The translations under genes were made by a program, and so were the position numbers. From contig OX597826.1 of NCBI GenBank assembly GCA_951406725.2, positions 14,632,001 through 14,696,000 on the forward strand: a stretch of 64,000 nt of DNA. Direction: 5' to 3'. How positions within the stretch are numbered: position 1 is the first letter of the stretch; each line of letters starts with the position of its first letter. Below, piece after piece: positions 41,691 through 56,102 of this stretch. Below the pieces are notes generated by a model that was not told the DNA's origin, searched no databases, and was given only the letters and a program-made list of their open reading frames with translations. The DNA comes from Octopus vulgaris. Taxonomy: Eukaryota.

Positions 41691-42725
41691 CGAGAGTGGT
41701 ATGAAAAGTTCGAAGGCTGACTATGAAGGAGTGACGTTACAGCTGTGAATCTCGCATTAATTTCAACCCTTCTTATCATTAACTGCATTGCTTCTTTCCA
41801 GGAAATCTGACATCTGACTGTTTAAAGAAGACTTCGAATGTAAATAGTAGTGACTACTTTTGAAAATGGACGTAATTTAGCCTCTTGGCATCTTGGTCTT
41901 AACAAGTAACTTCGGATTAAGGGGTTTACCCACAAACACATTTATGCTGACATCGTTGCTACATTAGGGGATGATGTTTCAGATTTATCAACTGTGCTAA
42001 ATTGGGCAACTGAATTTAGGAGGGGAAGGGAGAGCCTTGAAGATGGCCCAAGGACTGGATGTCCTACAACGGCCACCACCGAAGGAAACATTGATTATAT
42101 TCAGACCGTGGTGATGGACGACAGGCGATTGACTATATATCAAATCTCCAAAGCTATTAGCATATCTCATGACAGAGTTCGGAATACTCTGCACAATAAA
42201 AATGATATGACGAAGATATCTGCGCAGTGGGAGCCACGTCGACTGACACCCGATCAAAAACGTACCAAGTTGATCATCTCACGGGTAAGTCTGACATTGT
42301 TCAAGCTGGTTTACTTGAACATCTCCTAACCCAGGATAGATACTGGCTTCATCACTTTGAGCCAGAAATACAGACACAACCAATACAGTGGAAACACCTT
42401 GCCTCAGCTACTCTAAAGAAGGTTGTAGTCGTTTTACCTGCAGGTAAGCTGAATACCTCAGTTGTTAGGGATGTAAAAGGTATGGTGTTTATCGACTATC
42501 TTCAACAGGTTCACACCATAACTGGAGAGTACTATGTCAAATTTCTGAGGCAGGCAGTTACTAAAGGTTATCAGGATCAAACACCTAGGAAAACTGATGA
42601 AAGTCATCTCGTTTCATCAGGATAGTGCTACAATACACAAGTACTTTGTTTCAATGGCTGCCGTGCGTGATTGTGATTTTCACTGGAGGATCACTCTTCC
42701 TATTCTTCTGATATTGGCCCCATCT
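41691..42725 (+). mobile_element. mariner transposon relic (DD34D-type transposase pseudogene), 3' truncated
   Basis: WATEFRRGRESLEDGPRTGCP, AQWEPRRLT (WVPHEL-like), LTQDRYWLHHFEPE, FHQDSA, HSSYSSDIGP (YSPDLAP-like). Confidence 0.92.
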
Positions 42726-43004
42726 TTATATATATTATATGCGCATGCGTTTGTGTCCCTGTGTAAGTATATATGTATACAGACACACACACACACACAC
42801 ATATGTATATATTGTCGTCCAATGAAAAGAAGACGACAAAGAAAATTCTTTAATTTTAAGTTACACATATTTCCGTACCGTCTCTTTTGCAACGCCAGTT
42901 TACGCGAATGTTCTGAGTGAAAAATTACGTAATATATGCGTTTCTAGGTATTGGAGAGGCACTTCATCAGACTTGCATATATATTACATATGTATGTGTG
43001 TATG

Positions 43005-43058
<54 letters not shown>

Positions 43059-43105
43059 CATCCATCCATCCCTCTCTCTCTCTCTCTATTTATATATATT
43101 TATAG

Positions 43106-43182
<77 letters not shown>

Positions 43183-43925
43183 CTGGTGGACTTCTACAAA
43201 ATTTCCATTTACCCAGTTTGACTCAGAAAGGTTGACACAAAGCTAATCTAAAAACCACTCATTCTAGGCGGTCCATAGAGGCATCGCATCCAGATATCGT
43301 GGTTACAACCTGGCCATCAACACTGCCACATGTTAAAACGTAATAAATGTTTGCATATTTAATGTTACATAACTTCGATTAGGATAAAATCCCGCCAGGC
43401 GGAGTGGTTTGGTTTTCTATCCACAAATTCAATTGACATTTCTGTTGTGTAGTTGACCATAATAGTTATCTCAATCAGTTCTAATACTAGCTCTATTATG
43501 TTAAGCATAATTTTAACCACAACCGAGCATTGTACAAGCAATACACACGCATACAAAAAAAGAGGAATTTACTAGTTAAAAGAAAGTCATACTGCAAACT
43601 CAGTAATGTTGTGTAAATCATTCTATTTTAACAGTCAAACAGGCTACAGAAAGAATATCAACATTGTGTCTAAAACATACTAAAGCCCACCGACCTATAC
43701 TGAGGCACAGTGCTTCAAAACAAACGTCCTGACCTGGTAGAAATATAAATTGTAAAATTTAGGAACTGCTAAAAAATGTTTTATTCAAAGAAACAAGAGT
43801 CTCACCATCTGATGGTAGAGTAAGACAAAATGTGTGTGCGTGTATGTGTGTGAAGATATGTGCATTAATTCATATATTATGTACTCACATAAAAGTATGT
43901 GGAAATGAATGCGTGTTACACATGT

Positions 43926-43977
<52 letters not shown>

Positions 43978-44904
43978 GTACGTATATATGTATGTATATG
44001 TATTGATTACTCGTTCAGATGACAGTTTTGATAGATTATATAACATAAATATGACCAGCTGTAATATATTAATCTAACACGATATATTCACGGCATAGTC
44101 TTAAGGAATGCACTTGTTCATAAATTCCTCGAGTTGAGGGTATATATAAACATTTGAAAAGCTTACAGCAGGAAAATCTATGTAACGAAAAACAAATAAA
44201 CACAGTAATGATATTTGATAATAAAAATGGTTATTGATTCAAGATTTTAAGATTATTTTATAGTTTTAATATTTATGTTCTGTCGGAAAGTAAGTAATGA
44301 ATTTCTTTAAAAGTTCAATAATGTCAAACTTTAGTGGAAATTTCTTTCCTTCTCTGCCTAGAATTAGAAATATAAAGTTTATCATTAAAATGCAACAATC
44401 AAACTCCAATGGATGTTATTTTACTGACATTGCAATATTTCTGATGGAAATGTTTGCAAGAAACCAATAAAATATATCTCAACTCTTTTTTTCCGTTTTT
44501 CATCTGACTTATCAACAATCGTCACTATCAAAAAATTGGGCACCTAAAACGATTCTTGGAAAAGGAAATGAGTTTCTTCAAGGGAATATCTGAAATCCAC
44601 TATAGCTGCTTTCTCTCCTTTTACTTTAAGAGTGAGACTACTTTCCTTCATAGTACCACTTCACTGGAAAGAATGAAAAGGTGACCAACACAGTAGAGTG
44701 TTGTAGTTCTGTATCATTTTAGTATCGTGTTCAAAATCCTATCGATTATATTCATTTTATATTTCCGAAGTCCACGAACTGAAACCTAAAATAACATTAA
44801 ACTGACTGAAAGCATTGAAAAATCTTCGGGGTTTCAAATTTTGGCAGAAGGCCAGCAATTTCGGAGGGGTGCGTGAGTCGATTACAACGACTTTAGTACT
44901 GACC

Positions 44905-45125
44905 TTAGTTCCAATAATAGCGTTTTTGCGGCAAGTTTTCTTCTGTTTTACTGCTGTGTTCGCATCCAATCAGTCCTCCACTTCCTCTTCTTTTTCTTGG
45001 TACATACAGTCTGTCTGCAACACTTTTTGGGTGGAGTATCCCGTAACTAGTTAGCAACTTCAGTGTCTTTCTGTCTAAGCTGTTTAGTTTGTCTACTGTC
45101 CAATAGATTATACCCGTTCCATATT
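44905..45125 (-). mobile_element. Short R4/Dong RT-thumb fragment inside a family 1 SINE
   Basis: YGTGIIYWTVDKLNSLDRKTLKLLT...LHPKSVADRLYVPRK, homologous to 49056-49275. SINE tail at ~44830-44905, SINE head at ~45125-45245. Confidence 0.8.
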
Positions 45126-45561
45126 TTATTGTGATCGAAAGGATGAAAGGCAAAGTCGACCTCGGCGGAATTTGAACTCAGAGCGTAAACACGGACAAAA
45201 TGCCGCTGAGCATTTTTCCCAGTGTGCTAACTACTCCACCAGGTCTTCGTTTTGATATTTGTTTTGCCATATCAGGTGGCGGACTTTCAAAATCTTTAGC
45301 GCACCGGACAAGATATTTAGTGGAGTTTCGTCTGTCTTTACATTCTGGATTCAAACTCCTCTGAAATCGACTTTGACTTCGGTTCTCTTAGGGTCGATAA
45401 AATAAACAGCAGTTGAGTGCTGAGGTCGATGTCATTAACAATTCCCTTCCAGCAAACGTTCAGGTTTTATGCCTACAGTATAAAGGATATTGGTTTTTCC
45501 ATTCATCCACCTTAACAAAGTTTCCTTTACGGTGGTTGACGTAAAAAAATCTTGCCTACGA

Positions 45562-45800
45562 AATACTTATTTCTTTACTACCCACAAGGGGCTAAACACA
45601 GAGAGGACAAACAAGGACAGACAAACGGATTAAGTCGATTATATCGACCCCAGTGCGTAACTGGTACTTATTTAATCGACCCCGAAAGGATGAAAGGCAA
45701 AGTCGACCTCGGCGGAATTTGAACTCAGAATGTAACGGCAGACGAAATACCGCAAAGCATTTCATCCAGCGTGCTAACGAGTCTGCCAGCTCGCCACCTT
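45562..45800 (-). mobile_element. Family 1 SINE, A-type tail
   Basis: Full length. TSD TGCCTACGAAATAC at 45553-45566 and 45804-45817. Confidence 0.93.
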
Positions 45801-46683
45801 AAATGCCTACGAAATACCTGATTGATGTTCGCTCAGTAACTCTTCAAATCTTCTAAAGGGAACCATCAGCGTCATAATGTGCTAATCGATTCAAAAACAT
45901 TTGTGATTTGTGTGCATATAAGAAATTAGTAATATTATTATTGCGAAAGGCCTTACAATATCGCCGATGACTTGATCATCTTTGTACTGGAGTTCAGTAG
46001 GATTTTTATATCGTCATTTGCTAAGACGAGCGTAGTTCCATATGAGTAGTAGAAATTGTTTCCGTTCTGCAAATGAAACTTGTTGGTTCAATAATTTGCG
46101 AAGTTTCCCAATATATTTCTTCTGAGTTTATGTTGGACATCTTTTTAACATACGGTGTATCACTTCAAACTTATAAGAATTAACGATATTTGTCTTAACA
46201 TTACCATGTTATCTTCTGAACCATTCATGCATGGTTTATTAGTTCATAGGTGAGACAGCTATTTTATTAATATGTGTATAAGGGTAAATGTTCACTTGAA
46301 GGAATTATTTCCTCATAGTTGTTCATTTTGATCGTCATATATGCTGTTCAAATGTATCTTCTGCTGTATTGCGTTTAGATTTTATCTCTTACGTACCTTA
46401 TTCATTTTATTGAGAACACTTTACAGTGAAAATAAGGTGTTTCTAATAAAGATTTTGGAAAGTTTTTATAATGGCAAATACAGCAGAATCGTTAGCACGC
46501 AAGATAAAATGCTTGGTGTCGTTTCATCTGATTTTATATTCAAATTTCACAGTCATCGGGGTCGACTTTGCCTTTCATTCTTTCGGTGTAGATCAAATAC
46601 TGTAGTTGACATAATCCACTATCCCCTCCACACAATATTTCTGACCTTGTACCTATAGTGAAAAATATTATTATTATTATTAT

Positions 46684-47417
46684 TCAGTAGTTTTATTTTT
46701 ATAGCGTGCTTTCACTTCACTACCGAGCGCAGCTCTGTGTGCCTTGGGTATGTGCTGTGATTTTTTGTGCTGCTCTGATGGTTATTGTATGGAAAGTGTT
46801 CTGCGTAGGATGTGTGCAGTGCCTAGTAGTGCAATTTTCTGTATGTTATATGTGTTTGTAAGTCCTGGTGTTTTTGTTATGTATTTGTCTGAATATTTTT
46901 TTATCATGCCTAATGCACCTACTATGATAGGAATTGTTTCTGTTTTTAGATTTCACATTCTGGTTACCTCTATTTCCAGGTTTTTGTATTTTGAGAGTTT
47001 CTCCATTTCTTTTAGAGACACGTTGTCATCAGCCGGTATTGATACATCAATTAGAAAGCATTTTTTTTCTTCATGATCTTTGACAACTATATCTGGTCTG
47101 TTGGCCTTAATTTCTCTATCTGTGTGTATCGGCATATCCCAGAGTATGGTTGCTTTCTCGTTTTCTGTGACCTTTTCTGGTGTTTGCCTATACCATCTTT
47201 TTTCTGTTGTTATTCCATAATGTTGGCATAGCTTCCAATGTATGTAGGTTCCAACTCTGTCATGTCTGTGAATATATTCCTTCTTAGCCAGGACTGGGCA
47301 GCTGGAGATAATATGATTTATTGTTTCTTGTCCATCTCCACATATTCTGCAGTTACTTGTTATATTTCTTTTCATTGCATGTTTTTGGTAATTTCTGGTG
47401 GGGAGGCTTTGGGAGGC

Positions 47418-47418
<1 letters not shown>
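46684..47418 (-). mobile_element. 5'-truncated R4/Dong-clade LINE with intact-looking CCHC and RLE domain and 3' end, between (TAA)n tracts
   Basis: CRICGDGQETINHIISSC...HRHDRV...NRPDIVV...FLIDVSIP...EKLSKY. (TAA)n at 46667-46683 and 47419-47508. Confidence 0.95.
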
Positions 47419-47481
<63 letters not shown>

Positions 47482-47508
47482 CATTATTATTATCATTATT
47501 ATTATTAT

Positions 47509-48015
47509 TGAGTGAGAGAGCAGTTCATGCCATCAAAGTGACACTGGGGTAAAATATACGAAGCCCAATATACCCATCATGACTACTCGTCTGATAAGGG
47601 TACACCAGGCACATGCATCACATCCATATGTGCGCGACATGGTGATCTCATATCAAGATAAACAGCGCATGACCTTGCAGGTGGGGCCCAGTTAGAATTT
47701 TCTTCAGGTTGAGTAGCCCATCCCGCTCAATAGGTCCCTGAATAAGGGTTGTTTAAGGATGTTGAAAGAACCACCCATGTTTCCAGAGGTGAACTATTCA
47801 AACCCCAAAGAATCCCTCTCAACACATGGCTATGATGCTCCCCCACTACTTCTGCTTGTGATCAGAGATGCACATATTGTCAGCCACTAAGGGACATGCT
47901 CAACTGGTTAAGGTCAAACAACTGACCAGCAAATCTGTGGTATTGAGCAGAATATTTGCTGTAGCCCATCTTTTATGCCAAGACAAAACAATGTACATGA
48001 TAACACTTCCAATCA
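47509..48015 (-). mobile_element. Copy of the (TAA)n-embedded non-coding retroelement
   Basis: Reverse complement of ~10700-11203. (TAA)n on both sides. Confidence 0.88.
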
Positions 48016-48023
48016 TATTATCA

Positions 48024-48091
<68 letters not shown>

Positions 48092-48152
48092 TATTATTAT
48101 TATTATTATTTATTATTATTATTATTTATTATTATTATTATTAATATTATCA

Positions 48153-49950
48153 TTGCCTTTACACAGCTTCTAACGCTAGAAATGTACTACGGTGTTAACT
48201 GTTCACTACCAAGGAACTAAGGTAACACCTCTTATTTTTCTGGAGTATTCGAGCGGTTCCAAGCAGTGCTATTTTCTGCAAGTACTCCACCCTTATTGCA
48301 GCCCCCATTTGTTCCACGTACTTCTCGAGATTTTTGCTCATTGTTCCCAGGACTCCGACTATTATTGGTACTACTACTGCCTTCTTTTATCGATTACAAC
48401 TGCTTAACCTCCCAAGCTAACCTGTCATATCTCTCGACTTTCCATATGGCATACCTTGTTGTCAGCTGGGCATGCTGTATCTATGATCCAGCATAGTTTG
48501 TTTTATTTTTCAATTAAGACTATGTCTGGTTTCCTGTTTTCTATCTCCTGGTCGCACTGAATCATAAAATCCCACAGGATATTTGCATTATCATTTTTTG
48601 ATGATGCCTTCAGGTATATGTTTATAACACGTTTTTGCTCTGTCAAGTACATACTTGTGGTAAAGTGTCCAATGGACAATCCTTGCTATATTGTCGTGAC
48701 GTCTATTATTCTGGGCTAGTGGCGTACATTGACTGGTAATATGCCATACGGGTTCACTATTTTATCCGCAAATTCTGCACCTATCACTTTCTGATGTGTT
48801 GTCTATTTTGTATTTGATGTAATTGGGTCTTGATACTTGCACATGGACAGCACAGATTAGAGCCTTCGTTTCCAGTTTTAAATCACTTTAAGTCATCCAT
48901 AACCACCTTTTTCTCTCTGTTTTATCTTCAACATCCCTATGAAATTGTCTATGAATTCTTTTTCTTTATCCTTCTATTTTCAGTTTCATTCATTCCCAAA
49001 TCCTTGTACAGTGCTTGATCTTTGCACTCCTCCATCCTACACAAACCTGACCTTCTTAATTCCAATAATAGAGGTTTTGTGGCAAGTTTTCTTCTGCTTT
49101 AATGCTGTGTTTGCATCCAATCAGTCCTCTTCCTCTTCTTTTTCTTGATACATACTGTCTGTCTGCGTCACTTTTTGGGTGGAGTATCCTGTATCTAGTA
49201 AGTAACTTCCTTGACTTTCTTTCTAAGATGTTTAGTTCGTCTTCTGTCCATGCGTTTACCCCTGCTCCATATCTAAGGAGTGATACCACCCAGATGTTGA
49301 TAGCTTCAATCTTATTCCGTGCGTTTAATTTTGACTTAAGTATCAGTCTCTCTCTGCGCAAGTACTCAACTTTAAATTCTTCTCTCATTTCTTTCTCCAT
49401 CAATTCATCCATTTCCAATATCCCCAAGTACTTATAGCTCGTCTCTTCTATCTGTTTCATACATTTGATTTTGTCCATACATGTTATTTTGCCTCTCTTC
49501 AAGACTAGCACACCACACATACATTTTCAGTCCGAACTCCATTCTCATATCAGCACTGAATGTATAAACTGTATCAGCGAGGGAACTGACTTGAGCTTTA
49601 TCATTACCATAAAATTTGAGGTCATTCATGAATAACAAGTGGCTGGCTTTTTGCTGGCGGCTCTTGAATGCATACCCAGCCTTTGCTCTCCTCAGAATCA
49701 GTGTTAATGGTATCATGCACAGTACAAAGATCAGTGGGGACAAGCAGTCCCCTTGGAAGATGATTCTGCTGAATTCTATTGTCCCTAAACTTCTACTTAT
49801 ATGCTGTCAGTTCCGTCCTCCAATTCGCCATACTTTCTACAAGCAATCGTCTAACATTCGATGCAATACCAAATAGGCTCATGGATTCCATAAGCCAAGA
49901 ATGTGGAATCATATCGTACGCCTTACGATAGTCGACTCATGACATGGCTC
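48153..49950 (-). mobile_element. R4/Dong-clade LINE, second subfamily (RT core to RLE), decayed
   Basis: VDYRKAYDMIPHSW, FQGDCLSPLIF, HLLFMNDLKFY, MEFGL, YKYLGILE, KPDI. 3' end abuts (TAA)n 48017-48150. Confidence 0.92.
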
Positions 49951-50978
49951 ATAACAGTTGTATGGTTAAAAACACAGTAAATGCTCTGTTTGTGGTATTT
50001 TTTAATTGAAACGTTCGCATGATGATTGTATGTCATGTGGGATTTTGCTGCTGTTTCGTCACACGTCTGCTAACATAGAACTAATCTATAAGTAAATGCA
50101 TTTCAATTATTATTATTCTTACTTCTGTTCAAACAGAGTAGACCGTGCAAAACTAATATAGTATGTGTATTCCGTTTTTTTTTTTTCCTTTTGCCCCTTA
50201 AAACAGCGGAGTTTCATTTGAAGTAAATGGGACGGCTATTTCTTGCAGAACGTTCGACCATGTAGAGCTTCCTTTATTTGCACAATTGTTAAATTGTATC
50301 ATTGCGGTATGATTGCGGTGTGGATGAGGCCTAATTGTTTTGGATTGTGCGTAAAATTTCGATCTATGTTATTTATTTCTTGTTTTATATACATTAACTC
50401 TTTTATCATAACCAATTCAACAATTGTCATTAGTATAATGCTTTTGAAAAATGTTTAGCGTTGAGAAACATTCTGGAACGAAGTAAATGATTTTGTTTCT
50501 TGGACAAACAATTAAAAGGCAGACTTCGGATAGCCATCAACAGGATAGGATCTTAGAACTATTCTATCAAAGAGAACGTTATATATTATCCATGGACTGA
50601 AACTACACCAACGCACGTATACCTTAATTAAATATCCTTAATAAACGTCTTTGTTTATTGATTTTTCCACACGATACATTTTCCTGAAAACAATGAAAGT
50701 CACAGAGACACAAATAACGAGAAAAATAAAGATAACAGTCAGCAAGAAAAAACAGTCGAAACATTAAAAAAGCATGAAGAAGAAAGTAATTAATTGTATT
50801 TTAATGCATCTGTTTCTGACGTTCAAATTATCTTTAACGACGAAGTGACTTTTTTACACGAAACCACTGCGACCACAACTATCATCTCCCACCAGATTCA
50901 CTACCGCCACTCGATACAAATCAACACACACCACTAATATTTACCTGCAACAACAAAACCACTTTCTTCCACTCCACA

Positions 50979-50979
<1 letters not shown>

Positions 50980-51060
<81 letters not shown>
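50980..51060. repeat. (ACT)n microsatellite
   Basis: Seen directly. Confidence 0.97.
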
Positions 51061-51061
<1 letters not shown>

Positions 51062-51405
51062 AACGACCACCACATCTAAAAATTCACTTGTATCTTTATC
51101 CGCTCCACAGCTATCAACCAATAGCAGCATAACTATTCTAACTAATACGGCCTAAAATAATATTTCTGCATGAAACATCCCCAAAATCATTGTAATAAGT
51201 ACCACAGATAGAGCCTTCAAGAAACATTAATCCATCAATCTTTGCATTATACATATAAAGACGGAGAGGGGAGACATATCTGTAGGTGTATTTATATATA
51301 CAAGTATAGATATTATGTATGTAATTTATGTATTTATATGATACATAATGATGTATATACACAAATGTATATCTCTATCTATATATATAAGCATAAATAT
51401 TACAC

Positions 51406-51457
<52 letters not shown>

Positions 51458-51884
51458 CACACACACACATATATATATATAATACGTCATACAGGTATAT
51501 ATAGTAATGCATATATGCACCTATATACACATGCATAATCATATATAATATATACATTTATGTCATATTTATGTATATGTATAAATAGGTGTATATACAC
51601 AAGCATATATTTAAATAAAAGATGTACCTATTTCTTTATTACCCACAAGGGGCTAAACACAGAGCGGAAAAACAAGGACAGACATAGGTATTAAGTCGAT
51701 TACATCGACCCCAGTGCGTAACTGGCGTACCCACATCCAAACTCGTCTTCGAATAAGTCTCTATGATTTTCTGGCATCTAATTGGTGGTATATTGCACTT
51801 AATACCACTTTGATTTTTTTGATATGTACTATGTATGTATGTATGTTTCTATCTATCTACCTATCATATATATATACATATATA

Positions 51885-52195
<311 letters not shown>

Positions 52196-52325
52196 GTGTG
52201 TGTCTGTGTATATACATATGTACATACCACAAACACACACATGTGGAATTTGAACTCAGAATGTAAAGACGGACGAAACATCTTGCCCGATGTACTATCG
52301 ATTCGGCCAGCTCGTCGCCTTATTC

Positions 52326-52371
52326 AATAATGATAATAACAACAACAACAACAATATTAATAATAATAATG

Positions 52372-52420
<49 letters not shown>

Positions 52421-52435
52421 GAATAATAATAAGAA

Positions 52436-52466
<31 letters not shown>

Positions 52467-52468
52467 AA

Positions 52469-52513
<45 letters not shown>

Positions 52514-52525
52514 TGATAATAAGAA
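52326..52525. repeat. Compound (AAT)/(AAC)/(GAA)n microsatellite
   Basis: Seen directly. Confidence 0.97.
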
Positions 52526-53099
52526 GAAACATTGGAATTTTGGCAACAATAATGCAATTTTCAAAGATGGTTTAGTCGTTTTCAGCTGTTAGTTTATGTT
52601 ATTGACCCAAAATGATGAATGGCTACGTTAACCTCAGCGGCTTTTGCACTTAGAATGTAAACAGTCGGAGCATTTCACCTGACACTTTAATTATTCTGCC
52701 AATCCTACAACAACAATAATACCAGCAACAATAATAATGATCATTGAACAATAATAATGATCATTGAACAATAATAATGATCCTTATACGTTGAATAATT
52801 GGTGGTTTAATCGAATAAATTGACCCCAGTTTCAGGACAGAGAGGAGTAATTAGCAAATTGACGTCACCGTGATTTGAAATGAGATCACACTGACCCAGA
52901 ACACTGCGAGACATTCTCCCCAGAGCACTAACGATTTTGTCATTCCAAATGATATCAAATATTCGATCAGACAAACAATAATAAAATACACGGCAACTGA
53001 AGACTTTCTGTAACGATGTTAGAAATCCAAGCTTAAAGGGATGCTTCTTATCTTTTTGGTATTGCTGTAAACAGAAACATGGGGTGATGCAAATAATTA

Positions 53100-53316
53100 T
53101 AATACTTTCGACTATAGGCACTAGGCTTGAAACTTTGGAAGAGGGGACTAGTCGATAACATCGACCCTAGTGTTTCAATGGTGCTTAATTTATCAACCCC
53201 GAAAGGATGAAAGGCAAAGTCGACCTCGGCGGAATTTGAACTGAGAACGTAACGGCAGACGAAAACCGTTTAGCATATCGCCCGGTGTGCTAAAGTTTCT
53301 GCCGGCTCGCTGCCTC
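53100..53316 (-). mobile_element. Family 1 SINE, B-type tail
   Basis: CCCCGAAAGGATGAAAGGCAAAGTCGACCTCGGCGGAATTTGAACT central domain plus head. Confidence 0.85.
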
Positions 53317-53340
53317 AATTTTAATAATAGGAGTACTATG

Positions 53341-53408
<68 letters not shown>

Positions 53409-53412
53409 TGTC

Positions 53413-53457
<45 letters not shown>

Positions 53458-53979
53458 GTGCTTGTGTGTGTGTGCGTGCGTGTGTGTATAATATGATATA
53501 AATAATATATAAATATATGCATATATACATATATATATGTACATACCTGCATCTATATATATATATATATATACATGCATATATGGTACAGAACATAAAA
53601 AACACACGTTGAACACAATGAGAAGCGAAAACATAAAAACAAAAACATGGAAACGTACTTTTTTTCAAACAACGAAAAAACAGAGTACAAGACATACAAC
53701 ACAAGGAATATTCCCCTTCTTCAGTTGTCCCTGTTTCGTCTACTCCGCGTTGTGAAGTAAAATAATATAGTGAAAGAGAAATTTGATATTTTCACAAGAA
53801 TGACTTTGAAAATATTTAGCAAATCTATTAGCAAATACGGATAAAGAACACAGTTGATCAGATAAAAGACAACGTTTCACATCTCTATAAATGCATTTTT
53901 AAAAAAAGATAAACAGAAAAAATAAATGCTAGATGGAGAAACGTATAAAACAAACCAGCCAGCGGGGTAAACATTTGAG

Positions 53980-54325
53980 CTTCAACTTTGGTCGCCAATC
54001 TTTTGCAGCCTGAGAAAGTGATATTGCCTATGGCTATCATGCTCAGCTGTCAGTTGAAATCCCCAGAGAAAAGATGACAGCTTCTCATGAGAGGGTAGTG
54101 AATAGGGACTTAATGCCTTTGTAAATAGCGATAGGGAATGTTCAGGAGGGCAGGAAAAAGGGTTGAAGTGAAAGGCATGATTAATATCTTTGATATAGAA
54201 TGGAAGGAGAGCAACCAAGGTCGAGGTAAACTGGGATTCCTTTCGGTGAGTTAGTGGAGACGTTGTAAGAGCAACAAGTGCTGGACTTGTGGTCTCAAGG
54301 GCGATGTGTATTGTGTTTTGAAAAA
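53980..54325 (-). mobile_element. Penelope-like element reverse transcriptase relic
   Basis: LLPFYIKDINHAFHF...LFT...SPYSLPSHE resembles the PLE RT LPSYIKDT...FTMDV.SLY..IPH motif, with frameshifts. Confidence 0.65.
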
Positions 54326-55399
54326 GGGCTACTTTACCTGTGTTAAAATAAACTCGTCTTTATTACCTAAATCACTAGTGTAAAATGGATATAGACATAA
54401 AGTTTTCGAATCAGAAGTGATAGATACCGAATAGAATATTATTCTTATATAGCAGATGGAATATTATTTTCACCTCTTGTCTCTAACAGAAAAGTGGAAT
54501 TATAATCTTTATTCCTTCCTGGTACATTATAAATCAAGTTCAACTGTTTATGATTCGTATGTACCTCATAAATTATCAAATACAAACTTAATTTCTTCAA
54601 AAGTAGAGGTTTTATAAATTATGGATTACTAACTTCGAACACTAAACTGATAAGATGTATTACATCGTTTCATTGTCGTAGAAAATGTATTAACAGCTGC
54701 ACACATCTTAATGTCACATAACATCTAAACTGAAATGAATGATATAGTTTCGCAGTACATAAAACACAAGAAAGTTTCTTTAGAGATGCAGACACTCGGT
54801 TCCAAAAGCATAGAATTAGCTACACGTATTTCTGTTTAACACTCATACAGTATCCTAGTTTCACTCTCACCTTCAAAATTTATTTTTAATTACCTTTTAT
54901 CGTCCCTCTGCAGTTTTCAAATCATCCAGATACTGACTAATAAAAATTACTCACCCACTATCTACATACTACGCAATACTTTTCCAACCACCTCAGAAAC
55001 GCTATGGCAGTCCAATTCAGTTAACTGCTCAGCTAGTTTTCTGCTAAGTAACCCATGCAATAGCATTTCCTTTCTAATCCACACAAGACAATTAAGTAGT
55101 TATCTAACACTACGCAGATAACCAAACCTTATGACCTAAATAGATCACCTCTAGCAAAAGTAATGCGTAAATAAAGTCTTACATCTCTACAAATTGGATT
55201 GCTGTTACTCATAACCGTGACTCATACGAGATTATATTCCGTAGTGGAACAGATTGCTTCGTACAAACTCTCCCAAATTACAGCCAGTTCTCCTTGTGAT
55301 GCCAAAATGTTTGCAAGCGACTAAACTATTTTATACACTACAGCTTCGGAAGCTGTACTGCTGCAAAGAAAGCTTCCAAAGTTTGGTAACTGATTTTCA

Positions 55400-55870
55400 A
55401 CTGGCTACTTATCGCAAGATCTTGGAAAGCCCTATCAACATCTACCATTAATCTCAACAATGTGAATCTGTATACGGCAAGTGTAGAAGTTTTCCTAATT
55501 ACTTCAAGCACACCACAGAAATAGAACCTATTCTTGAGAAAAATATTCAAGCTCTTTATATCTATCTATATAACTAGCTTGATTGTTGACTAGATAGCCT
55601 TATTTATCAATCTATCTCTTTCTAGTCATCTATCTCTTACCAGAAGTTTATACTGATTGTTGGAAATGCCCTCGTGCATCTCGTCCACAACAAGGAGAAT
55701 CTCACTTATCCTCTCCATAATTGACTTATCGCTCTCAATTACACTTTTTAAAATGTAATGGAAACCTTTAACAATGCCTTTCCCGAACATTTCCAGTCTG
55801 TGTGCCTACGAAGTAACCTCAAATACGGCTTCCAAAGTGTCAAGTCAACAGCTCCGTGAAGCCTGTCAGA
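55400..55870 (+). mobile_element. Very decayed CR1/Jockey-group RT fragment
   Basis: Remnants of W..ALV.....KG, VMET..N and KYGFQSVKST (cf. QYGFR..RST) across frameshifts. Confidence 0.5.
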
Positions 55871-56068
55871 AATAGTGTCACACTTTTCAGCGATTTGTTG
55901 ACAAAAATGTCGTTACACTTGTTTTCTGTTGCCCAGCGTTACACACGAGAGGCTAAAGGTAAACGTCCGCTCAATGGATTTTACTTCTCTTACCTGCTTT
56001 CGGTCAGAATTTTCCTGTCATATCGTACTTTTGTAGCGTGCACTCTCACATGTATGTATGTATGTATG

Positions 56069-56102
<34 letters not shown>

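Noticed and set aside
52729-52782. 20-bp tandem repeat CAATAATAATGATCATTGAA, about 2.7 copies
   Set aside because: Simple local slippage duplication with no further structure.
53590-53755. Hammerhead in a (TA)n-adjacent repeat-like segment
   Set aside because: Minus-strand CTGAAGA is not followed by a properly placed GAAA.
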